Positions 32,201 through 41,886 of a DNA stretch of 50,083 nucleotides are shown here, piece by piece; position 1 is the first letter of the stretch; each line of letters begins with the position of its first letter. The notes below the pieces were generated by a model. That model was given only the letters and a program-made list of their open reading frames with translations, was not told where the DNA came from and made no database searches. The position numbers were made by a program, and so were the translations under genes. Source of the stretch: Bdellovibrionales bacterium (GTDB taxonomy: Bacteria; Bdellovibrionota; Bdellovibrionia; Bdellovibrionales; JAEYZS01); contig JANMFM010000121.1 of the NCBI GenBank assembly GCA_031374125.1, positions 1-50,083 of the forward strand. The letters are read 5' to 3'.

Positions 32201-35200
32201 CTAAGCGTAATTTTTTAAACTATTGAGCTCAGAATAAATTTGTGGCCATGAGATTTCTGTCATTTGGACAATCAATCGACTGTCCGGAGTAATTGAATAT
32301 TTCTTAGGTCTTCCGGTAACAAGCTCAATCATGACGTCAGATTTGATTGGTGTAAAATCAGTGAAGGCTAAAGAAATAGATTTTGCTCCAGTGCTCAAAT
32401 CTCTGATCGCAAGATCCTTACAGTATTTTTTAAGGAGCATCATTCCCATAAGATTCATAACTTGCTCTGGAACTTTTCCGAACTGATCACTCATATCAGC
32501 TTCGAATCTATCCATATCATCAGGGGATTCAATTCGTGAGAGCGCATTGTAATAACCCATTCTGACTCGAATATCAGGAATATAGTCGTGCGGAATAAGA
32601 GCGGGAATTCGTAAATTGATTTCTGGTTCCAAATCATCTTTTTGTGTGTCCTCGCCTCGAGCTTCTTTTAAAGCTTGTTCTAGTAGTTCAATGTAAAGTT
32701 CATAACCTACAGCATTGGCATGACCGGCCTGTTCTTCACCTAAAATATTTCCTGCGCCACGAAGTTCTAAATCGTGATGTGCGATTCTCAAGCCTGAGCC
32801 GAGCTCAGTATTTTCTTGAAGTACTTTCAAGCGCTCTTGTGCAATTGGATCAAGCGCGCCCGATTTGGGAATAACCAAATAGCAATACGCTCTCTCATTA
32901 CTTCTACCCACTCTACCACGCAATTGATAAAGCTGACTTAGGCCAAGAGTATCTGCGCGATCAATGATGATGGTGTTGGCTTTTTGGACGTCCATTCCGG
33001 ACTCAATGATGGTTGTACTAACGAGAACATCAAACTCTTGTTTAAAGAAAGCGATCATTGTTTTTTCTAATTCATCCTCATGCATTTGTCCGTGGGCATA
33101 TCGCAATCGAACATCTGGAACTAATTCTTGAAGTCGCCGAGCAACCTCCGCAATAGATTGGACTCTATTGTGCAAGAAATAAACCTGACCACCACGCTGA
33201 ACTTCATTTTCAATAGCTTTCTTAATAACGGAGTCTTCAAATTTACAAATGAATGTTCTAACAGGAAGGCGATCTTGTGGCGCAGTATTGATTAGGCTGA
33301 GGTCTCTAATTCCCATCAAGCTCATATTAAGAGTTCTTGGAATTGGAGTCGCAGACATAGCAATTGTGTCGACGGCATTTTTAAGCTTCTTAATTTTTTC
33401 TTTATGAGTAACGCCAAACTTATGCTCTTCGTCGACGATCAGGAGTCCAAGATTTTTAAAAACAATGTCTTTACTTAAAACCCGGTGTGTTCCAATAACA
33501 ATGTCAACGCTGCCAGATTTTAATCCCTGGACAACTTCCCGAGCTTTTGCTGTGGGCGTGAATCGAGAAAGCATTTCAATTTTTAATGGCCAACCTTTAA
33601 ATCTTTTTTTAAATGTTTCGAAATGCTGAAAGCTCAAGATCGTTGTCGGCACGAGGACGGCCACCTGTCTCTGATCTTGTGCGCACTTGAAGGCCGCCCG
33701 CATGGCAACTTCTGTTTTACCAAAGCCCACATCGCCGCATATTAGGCGATCCATTGGCGTGTCTTTGTGCATATCATTGAGAATGGAATCAATAGCCTCT
33801 AGCTGATCTGGAGTTTCATCGTAGGCAAAGTGTCCTTCAAAAGTTTTGTAGTCCACGTCTTCGATTTTAAATGGAGGGCGCGTAACTTGTGCTCTTCTTG
33901 CATAGAGAGCTAAAAGTTCTGAAGCGATGTCTTTTAAGTGACTGCGTACTTTTATTTTTGTTTTCTTCCACCCGCTCCCGCCTAATTTATCAATGGCCGC
34001 GCCGCCAGAGAATTTTCTAATCAAGTTGATTCTGTAAACAGGCAGATACAACTTGTCATCACCCTGATACTTAATCTGAATGAATTCACTTTCTACTCCG
34101 CCGACATTCATGGGTTTTAGCCCCTCATAAACGCCCACGCCAAACTCAGAATGCACGATGTAATCGCCGATCTTGAGGTCAGAAAGAATAATGGATTTAG
34201 AGTAGGCCGAAGAATTTTTCTGAGGACGGAGCTTTCTAATCTCTTTTTTTCCAAAGAAATCTTCTTCTCTTAAAAAGGCTAACCCTTCGTTTTCTAAAAT
34301 GACACTTTCAGAAAGTGGTCTCGGAATGATGTCGATGACGTCAGATCTGGACTCGAGCAAACTTGAAAAATCAAAAAAATCTTCCGCATGCAGATAGTGT
34401 GAAAATTCAAATTTATCTAAAAGGATTTTAACTCTTTCGGCTTGGGATTGGGTGTGCGTTGAAATAATAACTTTTCTTTTGCTCTGATGCTGCTCTGAAA
34501 TTTTCTTTTTCAGTTCCTCAAAAATTTCCTGATTCTCGATTCCTCTAATGTTGATCGTCGAGGATTTAAAATAAATCGTATATTCTTGATCACTCTTTTC
34601 TTGGTCGGGCTCGAGGAGCTCAATGGAAGAAAGAGATATTTTTGTAGACCCGGCGGCAGGTTTTAAATTTTCGAATTTTTCATATATCACTTCAGGAGCT
34701 GGAGAAATTGATTCTTCTTTGGAGGCTTCGTAGTCTGATTTTACATCTGAAATGAATTTATCGTACTGTCTGGTGATTTCTAAAGGATCCAGTTGGTAAA
34801 GAGAAATCGCGGAATCAAAATAATCCAGAGGAGAATTAAGATTTTCATAAAAATATGGAGTTAAAAAATCAATTCCATGAAAAAATCTTTTCATCATCAG
34901 GCTTTCATAGATTTGCTCTTTGAATTCCTTAGTAAAGTTTCCAGATTTATATTTTTCGTTCAATTGCTTTAAAACGAGCTCTTGTGTTTTGTCATGAAAT
35001 AGAGTTTCGCGAACAGGAAGAACCACCAGCTCTGTTGTCTGATCCAATGTTCTTTGGGTTTCTTGATTAAAAAACCTCATCGATTCGATACCATCGCCAA
35101 AAAGTTCGATGCGAATTGGGTTTTCATGAGCTGGAGAAAAAATATCGACCAAACCACCTTTTATAGAAAACTGCCCCACATCTTCCACGCGCGGAGAGTT

Positions 35201-35686
35201 TTGATATCCGAGATCGATCAATTTTTTTAAAAAGGCAGGAGAAATTTCGTCGTTTATTTTTAATGTGGTTGTAAATTGATCAACCAATTCCTTGGGCAGC
35301 GTTTTTTGAATTAAATATTGGATTGGAGCAATGAAGACTTCGCCTCCAGTGGAATACTGGGCGCGATAAAGCCAATAAATTCTTTGAGCTATGCTACGAA
35401 AGTTTGGATAAAGACCAGAATAGGGAGAAACATCGAAACCTTCGAGTGTATGAATTTTTATATGTGGATTAAAAAACAAAAGAGCTTGCTCTAAGTCCTG
35501 AGCATGAGCGTCACTGGCAACGATCACCACTTGGGGTTTTTTATGAAGGTCAATGTAGTCCGGGGAGCCAAGAATGCTGGCCAAAGCCACAGTGGATTGA
35601 GAGCCCACAATATGCACAGATGAACCCGCCGCCTTTGCAAAAGTAGTCTCGAGGTCAGATAAAATATTGTGAGGAAATGATTTCAT
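32201..35686 (-). CDS. mfd: Transcription-repair coupling factor Mfd
   Basis: 1161 aa. Helicase motifs LICGDVGFGKTEVA, LIVDEEHKFG and QLRGRVGRS. Also a CarD/RNAP-interaction-like segment (GDYIVHSEFGVGVYEGL). Confidence 0.96.
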   Translation of the reverse strand: MKSFPHNILSDLETTFAKAAGSSVHIVGSQSTVALASILGSPDYIDLHKKPQVVIVASDAHAQDLEQALLFFNPHIKIHTLEGFDVSPYSGLYPNFRSIAQRIYWLYRAQYSTGGEVFIAPIQYLIQKTLPKELVDQFTTTLKINDEISPAFLKKLIDLGYQNSPRVEDVGQFSIKGGLVDIFSPAHENPIRIELFGDGIESMRFFNQETQRTLDQTTELVVLPVRETLFHDKTQELVLKQLNEKYKSGNFTKEFKEQIYESLMMKRFFHGIDFLTPYFYENLNSPLDYFDSAISLYQLDPLEITRQYDKFISDVKSDYEASKEESISPAPEVIYEKFENLKPAAGSTKISLSSIELLEPDQEKSDQEYTIYFKSSTINIRGIENQEIFEELKKKISEQHQSKRKVIISTHTQSQAERVKILLDKFEFSHYLHAEDFFDFSSLLESRSDVIDIIPRPLSESVILENEGLAFLREEDFFGKKEIRKLRPQKNSSAYSKSIILSDLKIGDYIVHSEFGVGVYEGLKPMNVGGVESEFIQIKYQGDDKLYLPVYRINLIRKFSGGAAIDKLGGSGWKKTKIKVRSHLKDIASELLALYARRAQVTRPPFKIEDVDYKTFEGHFAYDETPDQLEAIDSILNDMHKDTPMDRLICGDVGFGKTEVAMRAAFKCAQDQRQVAVLVPTTILSFQHFETFKKRFKGWPLKIEMLSRFTPTAKAREVVQGLKSGSVDIVIGTHRVLSKDIVFKNLGLLIVDEEHKFGVTHKEKIKKLKNAVDTIAMSATPIPRTLNMSLMGIRDLSLINTAPQDRLPVRTFICKFEDSVIKKAIENEVQRGGQVYFLHNRVQSIAEVARRLQELVPDVRLRYAHGQMHEDELEKTMIAFFKQEFDVLVSTTIIESGMDVQKANTIIIDRADTLGLSQLYQLRGRVGRSNERAYCYLVIPKSGALDPIAQERLKVLQENTELGSGLRIAHHDLELRGAGNILGEEQAGHANAVGYELYIELLEQALKEARGEDTQKDDLEPEINLRIPALIPHDYIPDIRVRMGYYNALSRIESPDDMDRFEADMSDQFGKVPEQVMNLMGMMLLKKYCKDLAIRDLSTGAKSISLAFTDFTPIKSDVMIELVTGRPKKYSITPDSRLIVQMTEISWPQIYSELNSLKNYA

Positions 35687-35832
35687 GAGGAGGGCTAGCT
35701 TAATCGAATAAGATGCGGAGGGTCAATTGAAACTGAAAATTTCTTGGTGCTGAAAATAAAGATCCAATTTTCTAAATAATTAGAATATTTTAAAGAGTAT
35801 ACACAAGACCTAAACGGTAAGAGGAAGCAGCC

Positions 35833-36204
35833 ATGTTAGATCAGCTATTGCCGATTATATTTTTATTCATCGTCGTTATCACTTTTGGTGCGGGGATGAT
35901 TGCGCTCACGCAACTTGCAGGATTCAAAGCTCCAAAGAACTCTGTTAAAGACATGCCTTATGAGTGTGGAATTCCCGGGCAAGATCCTGGCACCACAAAG
36001 ATTCCGGTAAAATTTTATCTCACGGCCATCTCATTTATTCTTTTTGATATTGAAGTTGTTTTTCTTTACCCATGGACATTGATTTATATGGAGAACATCA
36101 AAGCATTTGGTGGTTACCTTCTTGGAGCTATGGGCATCTTCATGTGCATTCTTATTGTAGGTTTAATTTACGAATTAAAAGCCGGCGCATTGGAATGGGA
36201 TTAA
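35833..36204 (+). CDS. nuoA: NADH-quinone oxidoreductase subunit A
   Basis: 123 aa with three TM helices and the motif YECG......K.PV.FYL.AI.F.LFD.E..FL.PW. Confidence 0.9.
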   Translation: MLDQLLPIIFLFIVVITFGAGMIALTQLAGFKAPKNSVKDMPYECGIPGQDPGTTKIPVKFYLTAISFILFDIEVVFLYPWTLIYMENIKAFGGYLLGAMGIFMCILIVGLIYELKAGALEWD

Positions 36205-36257
36205 CTTTAGGAAAAAACCGGCAGGATAAAACCGGTAGGATAAAGGCAGAGTAAGTC

Positions 36258-37412
36258 ATGGGAAAAGATATTTTAGAAATTACAATCAATCTCGTAAAAG
36301 TTGCCGTTATCTTTTTGATGATGGTGCAAATGGTACCTCTTTTGGTTTGGCTAGAGAGAAGAGGATCTGCTTTTATCCAAAATAGACTGGGTCCAAATAG
36401 AGTGGGACCTCTGGGTCTTATGCAACTTCTGGCAGATGCGGTAAAGTTTATCTTTAAAGAACAATTCATTCCGGGAAATGCGGTTAAATTTTTATTCTTG
36501 GCAGCACCGGTGATTGCACTTGTTCCGGCAGCACTTGCCTTTGCAGCGATCCCGCTTTCTACGGCGATCAGTATTGATGCCTTTCAAGCGATGGGACAAA
36601 CTTGGGGACCTTACGTTATCAACATGCAATCCGTGAAGATGGAAGTTGGTATTATTTATATTTTGGCGGTTTCCTCTCTGGGAGCCTACGGACTTCTGAT
36701 CGCAGGATGGGGATCTGGAAATAAATATTCATTACTTGGTGCTCTAAGAGCCAGCGCTCAAATGATTTCTTACGAACTGGCACTAGGTCTTTCGATTGTT
36801 GGAATTTTAATGATCTACGGAACATTTGATTTGAATAAAATGATCGACATGCAGGCGGGCCCACTTTCTTTTGTATTTATGGGTAAAGAATTTATCGCTC
36901 CTTCATTCGTTCCCAACTGGGGAATTTTCTTTCAACCTATCGGAGCACTTTTATTTTTCATAGCTGCGTTTGCAGAAAGTAACCGCTTACCATTCGACTT
37001 ACCCGAATCAGAGGGTGAATTGGTTGCCGGATTCCACACAGAGTATGGTGGATTTAAAATGTTATTATTCTTCATGGGCGAATACGGTCACATGATGGTT
37101 TCATCAGGACTTGTAGCAGTATTCTATCTTGGGGGTTATGATATCCCAGGTGTAACTCCACAAATGGTAAATGAATTTTTCACGGCCAACGTTGGTGGCG
37201 GAACTATTGCCAGTGTGCTCACGTCACTAATATTTTTAGGATGTTTTGTTACTAAGGTTGCAATCTTACTTTGGATCTTCATTTGGGTAAGATGGACGCT
37301 GCCAAGATTTAGATATGACACTTTAATGGATTTAGGATGGAGAACATTGCTTCCATGGACACTTGGAAACGCAATCATCACTGCGATAGTATTATACTTC
37401 GCGAAAAGTTAG
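36258..37412 (+). CDS. nuoH: NADH-quinone oxidoreductase subunit H
   Basis: Motifs ERR.SAFIQNRLGPNRVGP.GLMQ..AD..K and AESNR.PFDLPE.E.ELV.GFHTEY. Confidence 0.95.
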   Translation: MGKDILEITINLVKVAVIFLMMVQMVPLLVWLERRGSAFIQNRLGPNRVGPLGLMQLLADAVKFIFKEQFIPGNAVKFLFLAAPVIALVPAALAFAAIPLSTAISIDAFQAMGQTWGPYVINMQSVKMEVGIIYILAVSSLGAYGLLIAGWGSGNKYSLLGALRASAQMISYELALGLSIVGILMIYGTFDLNKMIDMQAGPLSFVFMGKEFIAPSFVPNWGIFFQPIGALLFFIAAFAESNRLPFDLPESEGELVAGFHTEYGGFKMLLFFMGEYGHMMVSSGLVAVFYLGGYDIPGVTPQMVNEFFTANVGGGTIASVLTSLIFLGCFVTKVAILLWIFIWVRWTLPRFRYDTLMDLGWRTLLPWTLGNAIITAIVLYFAKS

Positions 37413-37471
37413 TAAAAGCGCATAAAAATTATTAAATGCGCCTTTAGAAACAACAGGAGAAAGGTTCGGAG

Positions 37472-38002
37472 ATGGAAATAAGTATGATGCCCATAGTATT
37501 TTATGTTTTGAGTGGACTTCTTCTGCTCTCTGGCCTTGGCGTGATTTTAGTAACAAGTCCGATTTACTCTGCGCTTTTTCTGTCGGTTACAATGTTACTC
37601 CTTTCTGCAATGTTCTTTTACCTTGAGGCTTACTTCTTGGCGGCAATTCAACTGATGGTTTATGCCGGCGCAGTAGTCGTACTCTTCGTTATGGTTATTA
37701 TGATGTTTGATTTAAGAAAAGAAAAAGCCGGGTTTTCTGGAAACTGGGCCACGAATGTTGTGAAAGCTTTAATTTCGGCAGTTTCTTTATTTATTCTTTT
37801 AACTCCTGTGATGGTTTTCTTTAATGATTCAAAGCCAGCATGGCTAGAACAGGCTGGACTGCCGACTCAAGATCTTTCTTTGACTCTATTTGCAAGACAC
37901 GTTTTCACATTTGAAGTGATCGGCGTGCTCCTGCTCGTAGTGCTCGTTGGAAGCGTAACGCTTGCTAAATCTAAAGGTGGAACACATGCCAAGCATCATT
38001 AA
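37472..38002 (+). CDS. nuoJ: NADH-quinone oxidoreductase subunit J
   Basis: 176-aa membrane protein with the conserved LMVYAGAVVVLFVMVIMM segment. Positioned between nuoH and nuoK. Confidence 0.88.
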   Translation: MEISMMPIVFYVLSGLLLLSGLGVILVTSPIYSALFLSVTMLLLSAMFFYLEAYFLAAIQLMVYAGAVVVLFVMVIMMFDLRKEKAGFSGNWATNVVKALISAVSLFILLTPVMVFFNDSKPAWLEQAGLPTQDLSLTLFARHVFTFEVIGVLLLVVLVGSVTLAKSKGGTHAKHH

Positions 38003-38306
38003 TCAAATTTCTATCAATCACTTTATTGCTCTCTCCATGATTCTTTTTGTGATCGGGATGGTTGGAGTTTTGGTAAGACGAAACGTTATCGTTATTTTGA
38101 TGAGTATCGAATTGATGTTGAATGCTGTGAATCTTTCGTTCGTTGCATTTGCAAGATACTTTGGCGATGCCAATGGGCAAGTGATCGTGTTTTTTGTTAT
38201 GGCCATTGCCGCGGCAGAAGCTGCGATTGGTCTTGCGATTGCGGTTGCAGTATTTAGAAAGTTCAATGGCGTAGAAATTAAACTGTTTGAGAATTTAAAA
38301 GGCTAG
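37986..38306 (+). CDS. nuoK: NADH-quinone oxidoreductase subunit K
   Basis: About 106 aa with three TM helices and the motif SIELMLNAVNL.FVAF.......GQV..FFVM.IAAAEAAIGLAI. Start set at the ATG at 37986, which overlaps the nuoJ end. Confidence 0.9.
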   Translation: MPSIINQISINHFIALSMILFVIGMVGVLVRRNVIVILMSIELMLNAVNLSFVAFARYFGDANGQVIVFFVMAIAAAEAAIGLAIAVAVFRKFNGVEIKLFENLKG

Positions 38307-38334
38307 CTCCGGGCTAGATGCGAAAAGGGATAAT

Positions 38335-40257
38335 ATGAGTAACTCATTGATTGTAGGCATTCTACTTCTTTCTCCGGTTATAGGTTTTATATTTAACGGT
38401 TTAAGATTTAGAAATCAGCAGGCATACGTAGCGGGCGGAGTCGCGACACTTGCGGCCTTTATTTCTTTTGTTTGCTCGGTGGCAATATTCTTTAGACTTT
38501 TAGATCTTCCTCACGAATCAAGAGAGATTGCAGTTAACTTCTTCACTTGGGTGAATATTGAAAGTGCCAAGATCAATGTTTCATTTATGTTTGATACCAT
38601 CAGTATTTTGATGGCTCTAATTGTAACAGGCGTGGGAACTCTCATTCATTTATTCAGTGTTGGCTATATGTCACACGATGAAAGACCATCAAAGTACTTT
38701 GCATACTTGAATTTGTTTTTATTCAACATGTTGCTATTGATATTGGGTTCAAACTTGATCGTTATGTTTGTTGGATGGGAAGGCGTGGGTCTTTGTTCTT
38801 ATCTCTTGATCGGCTTTTGGTTTAAAGATGTAGAAAAAGCAAATGCCGGAATGAAGGCTTTTATTACCAATAGAATTGGTGATGCGGGACTTCTTCTCGG
38901 GATTTTCATTCTCTTTATGTTATTTGGAACCTTCGAATTTCAAGAGATCAATGCGAGAATGTTGGATGTTGCTGGGATTCCTCTTTCATTGATCACCGCC
39001 GCTTGTTTACTTTTATTTGTAGGTGCTGCAGGTAAATCTGCGCAAGTTCCACTGTACGTTTGGTTACCTGATGCGATGGCAGGTCCAACTCCCGTTTCTG
39101 CTCTTATCCATGCTGCTACGATGGTAACAGCTGGGATTTATATGATCGTAAGACTTAATCCTCTGTTCTTAGCTTCGGAAGCTGCCATGATGGTAGTTGC
39201 TACAATTGGCGCAATCACAGCGGTTTTTGCGGCAAGCATCGGTCTTACTCAATGGGATATCAAAAAAGTTCTCGCCTATTCTACAGTTTCACAATTGGGT
39301 TATATGTTTTTAGCGGCAGGGGTTGGTGCTTACGGAGCAGCAATGTTCCACCTAATGACTCACGCATTCTTTAAAGCTCTTATGTTCTTGGGTTCGGGAT
39401 CTGTGATCCATGCAATGCATGAAGAACAAGACATCAGGAAAATGGGTGGCCTTAAAAAATATTTACCAATCACCCACGCCACCTTCTTTGTGGGGTGGCT
39501 TGCGATCATAGGAACCCCTTTCTTTTCAGGGTTTTTCAGTAAAGATGAAATTTTGTGGATGGCTTGGCATTCTCCAAGAGGCCATTTCTTATATTGGTTG
39601 GCGGGAATTCTTGGCGCAGGAATGACAGCATTCTACATGACAAGATTGATGGCCTTAACTTTCTGGGGAAAATCTAGAGTTCCAAAAGACATTCATCCAC
39701 ACGAATCTTCTCCTGTAATGACAATTCCTCTTATTATTCTGGCGATTTTATCACTGTTAGGTGGATACATTGGAATTCCGCATGTGCTGGGACACCCATT
39801 TCATCTTCCTAATATTCTAGAAGAATGGTTCCATGGAAAAATTCTTCCAATTCCAGGTATTACTCAAGCCAACGCGATTGAAGAAATTCTTTTAATGTTG
39901 ATCTCTGTTTTGGTGGCCGCAGCTTCGGCAACATTAGCGTATATTTTCTATGTTCGAGATCCATCAAAGCCAGCAGTTGTAGTTTCTAAAATCAAAAAAT
40001 TCTACGACATTGTTTACAATAAATACTTTGTTGATGAAATTTATCAAAAGTTTATTTTAAATCCCATCGTTTCGTTGAGTAGAGCGTTGTGGCTTTATAT
40101 GGATGTCGAGTTTATTGATAAAGCGACTTATAAGCTTTCAGGATTTGTGCAGAATTCAGCGGAAGGTTTAAAATCGTTACAAACAGGAAATTTACAAAGA
40201 TATGCACTTTATATTGTTGTTGGGTTCATTGCGATGATCTCGGTGATATTGTTTTAG
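38335..40257 (+). CDS. nuoL: NADH-quinone oxidoreductase subunit L
   Basis: 640-aa antiporter-like subunit with motifs WEGVGLCSYLLIGFW, GKSAQ.PL..WLPDAMAGPTPVSALIHAATMVTAG and a long C-terminal extension. Confidence 0.95.
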   Translation: MSNSLIVGILLLSPVIGFIFNGLRFRNQQAYVAGGVATLAAFISFVCSVAIFFRLLDLPHESREIAVNFFTWVNIESAKINVSFMFDTISILMALIVTGVGTLIHLFSVGYMSHDERPSKYFAYLNLFLFNMLLLILGSNLIVMFVGWEGVGLCSYLLIGFWFKDVEKANAGMKAFITNRIGDAGLLLGIFILFMLFGTFEFQEINARMLDVAGIPLSLITAACLLLFVGAAGKSAQVPLYVWLPDAMAGPTPVSALIHAATMVTAGIYMIVRLNPLFLASEAAMMVVATIGAITAVFAASIGLTQWDIKKVLAYSTVSQLGYMFLAAGVGAYGAAMFHLMTHAFFKALMFLGSGSVIHAMHEEQDIRKMGGLKKYLPITHATFFVGWLAIIGTPFFSGFFSKDEILWMAWHSPRGHFLYWLAGILGAGMTAFYMTRLMALTFWGKSRVPKDIHPHESSPVMTIPLIILAILSLLGGYIGIPHVLGHPFHLPNILEEWFHGKILPIPGITQANAIEEILLMLISVLVAAASATLAYIFYVRDPSKPAVVVSKIKKFYDIVYNKYFVDEIYQKFILNPIVSLSRALWLYMDVEFIDKATYKLSGFVQNSAEGLKSLQTGNLQRYALYIVVGFIAMISVILF

Positions 40258-40312
40258 TCCAATGTGACTTACCGAGAGCCAAGGCTCTCGGTGCTATAGG
40301 AAGAGGTACGAA

Positions 40313-41869
40313 ATGTTTTTGAGTTTATTGATAGCGCTACCAGTGGTATGTGCACTTATAGTTTTTGCTTTACCAGAGAGCAAGGCAAGAATGACCTCTG
40401 TATTTCTCGCGGTCTTGCAATTTTTAGTGAGTTTGAATTTACTCTTTGTTTTTGATACATCGACACCAGCATTACAGCTTGTTGAAAAGTATCCGTGGGT
40501 AGAGAGTTTTGGAATCAATTACTTTGTTGGTATTGATGGAATCTCTGTTTGGCTTGTAATGATGACGGCATTTTTCTTACCAGTTGTGATCTTGGGTAGT
40601 TGGCATGCGATTGAATCTAGAGTAAAAATGTTCCATATCAATTTATTCTTACTCCAAGCGTTTATGTTTGGGACGTTCTTATCTATTGATAGCGTTCTTT
40701 TCTATATATTCTTTGAAGCATCACTTATCCCAATGTACTTAATGATTGGTATCTGGGGGGGGACAAGAAGAATCTATGCAACTATGAAGTTCTTCATCTA
40801 CACAATGGCAGGATCATTACTTATGTTGGTAGCGATCATTGCAATGATGTTGATGACAAAAGCACAGCTAGGAACAATGAGTGCATCACTTCTCGATTTC
40901 TATAAATTAGATATTCCTTTTGTAGCAAATGAGTTCTTAAACAGCCAGACATTGATGTTCTTGGCTTTTTCTTTAGCATTTGCAATCAAAGTTCCGATGT
41001 TTCCGGTGCATACATGGTTGCCTGATGCACACGTTGAAGCTCCAACACCTGGATCTGTGGTATTGGCAGCAATCATGCTTAAAATGGGAACTTATGGATT
41101 CTTGAGATTTGTAATGCCGCTTTTTCCGGAGGCCACTCAGTATTGGGGCTGGGTCTTTATGTTGCTCGGAGTGATGGGAATTATTTATGGCGCGCTGGTG
41201 GCGATGGTTCAGCCTGACATTAAAAAACTTGTGGCTTACTCTTCGGTTTCACATATGGGTTACGTGGTTCTGGGATTATTCGCTCTCAATACATATGGAG
41301 TGACAGGTGCTCTTTATCAAATGTTAAACCACGGAGTGAGCACGGGCGCTCTGTTCTTGATGGTGGGAATGATTTACGAAAGAACACATTCGAGAGAAAT
41401 TAAAAACTACGGCGGGTTGGCTTCGGTAATGCCGATTTATACGATCCTTTTCTTGATCGTCACGATGTCGAGCATTGCGGTTCCCGGCACCAATGGATTT
41501 GTGGGTGAGTTTTTTATTTTGATGGGCAGCTTTATGAAAAATAAAGCTTTAGGCTCTATAGCAGTTCTGGGCGTTGTCCTTGGTGCGGCTTACATGCTGT
41601 GGATGGTGAAGAAAGTATTTTTCGGTCCCAAAGGCGAACTAGTAAAGGGTACCACAGCAGAAACTTCTAATCCGGTACTAAAAGATGTGTCTTTAAGAGA
41701 AGTGGTCGTACTTGCTCCATTGATCGTACTTATTTTCTGGATGGGAATTTTTCCAAATCATTTTTTAAAATATACAAAAACGAGTATTGAATTCTTAATT
41801 GAAAACAAAGCTGACTATAAACTGCATATCCAAGGTGAAGAACAAGCAGTCACAGCAATAGCCGAATAA
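40313..41869 (+). CDS. nuoM: NADH-quinone oxidoreductase subunit M
   Basis: 518-aa antiporter-like subunit with motif FAIKVPMFPVHTWLPDAHVEAPT.GSV.LA. Confidence 0.95.
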   Translation: MFLSLLIALPVVCALIVFALPESKARMTSVFLAVLQFLVSLNLLFVFDTSTPALQLVEKYPWVESFGINYFVGIDGISVWLVMMTAFFLPVVILGSWHAIESRVKMFHINLFLLQAFMFGTFLSIDSVLFYIFFEASLIPMYLMIGIWGGTRRIYATMKFFIYTMAGSLLMLVAIIAMMLMTKAQLGTMSASLLDFYKLDIPFVANEFLNSQTLMFLAFSLAFAIKVPMFPVHTWLPDAHVEAPTPGSVVLAAIMLKMGTYGFLRFVMPLFPEATQYWGWVFMLLGVMGIIYGALVAMVQPDIKKLVAYSSVSHMGYVVLGLFALNTYGVTGALYQMLNHGVSTGALFLMVGMIYERTHSREIKNYGGLASVMPIYTILFLIVTMSSIAVPGTNGFVGEFFILMGSFMKNKALGSIAVLGVVLGAAYMLWMVKKVFFGPKGELVKGTTAETSNPVLKDVSLREVVVLAPLIVLIFWMGIFPNHFLKYTKTSIEFLIENKADYKLHIQGEEQAVTAIAE

Positions 41870-41886
41870 GTTAGGAGTAGGCAAAC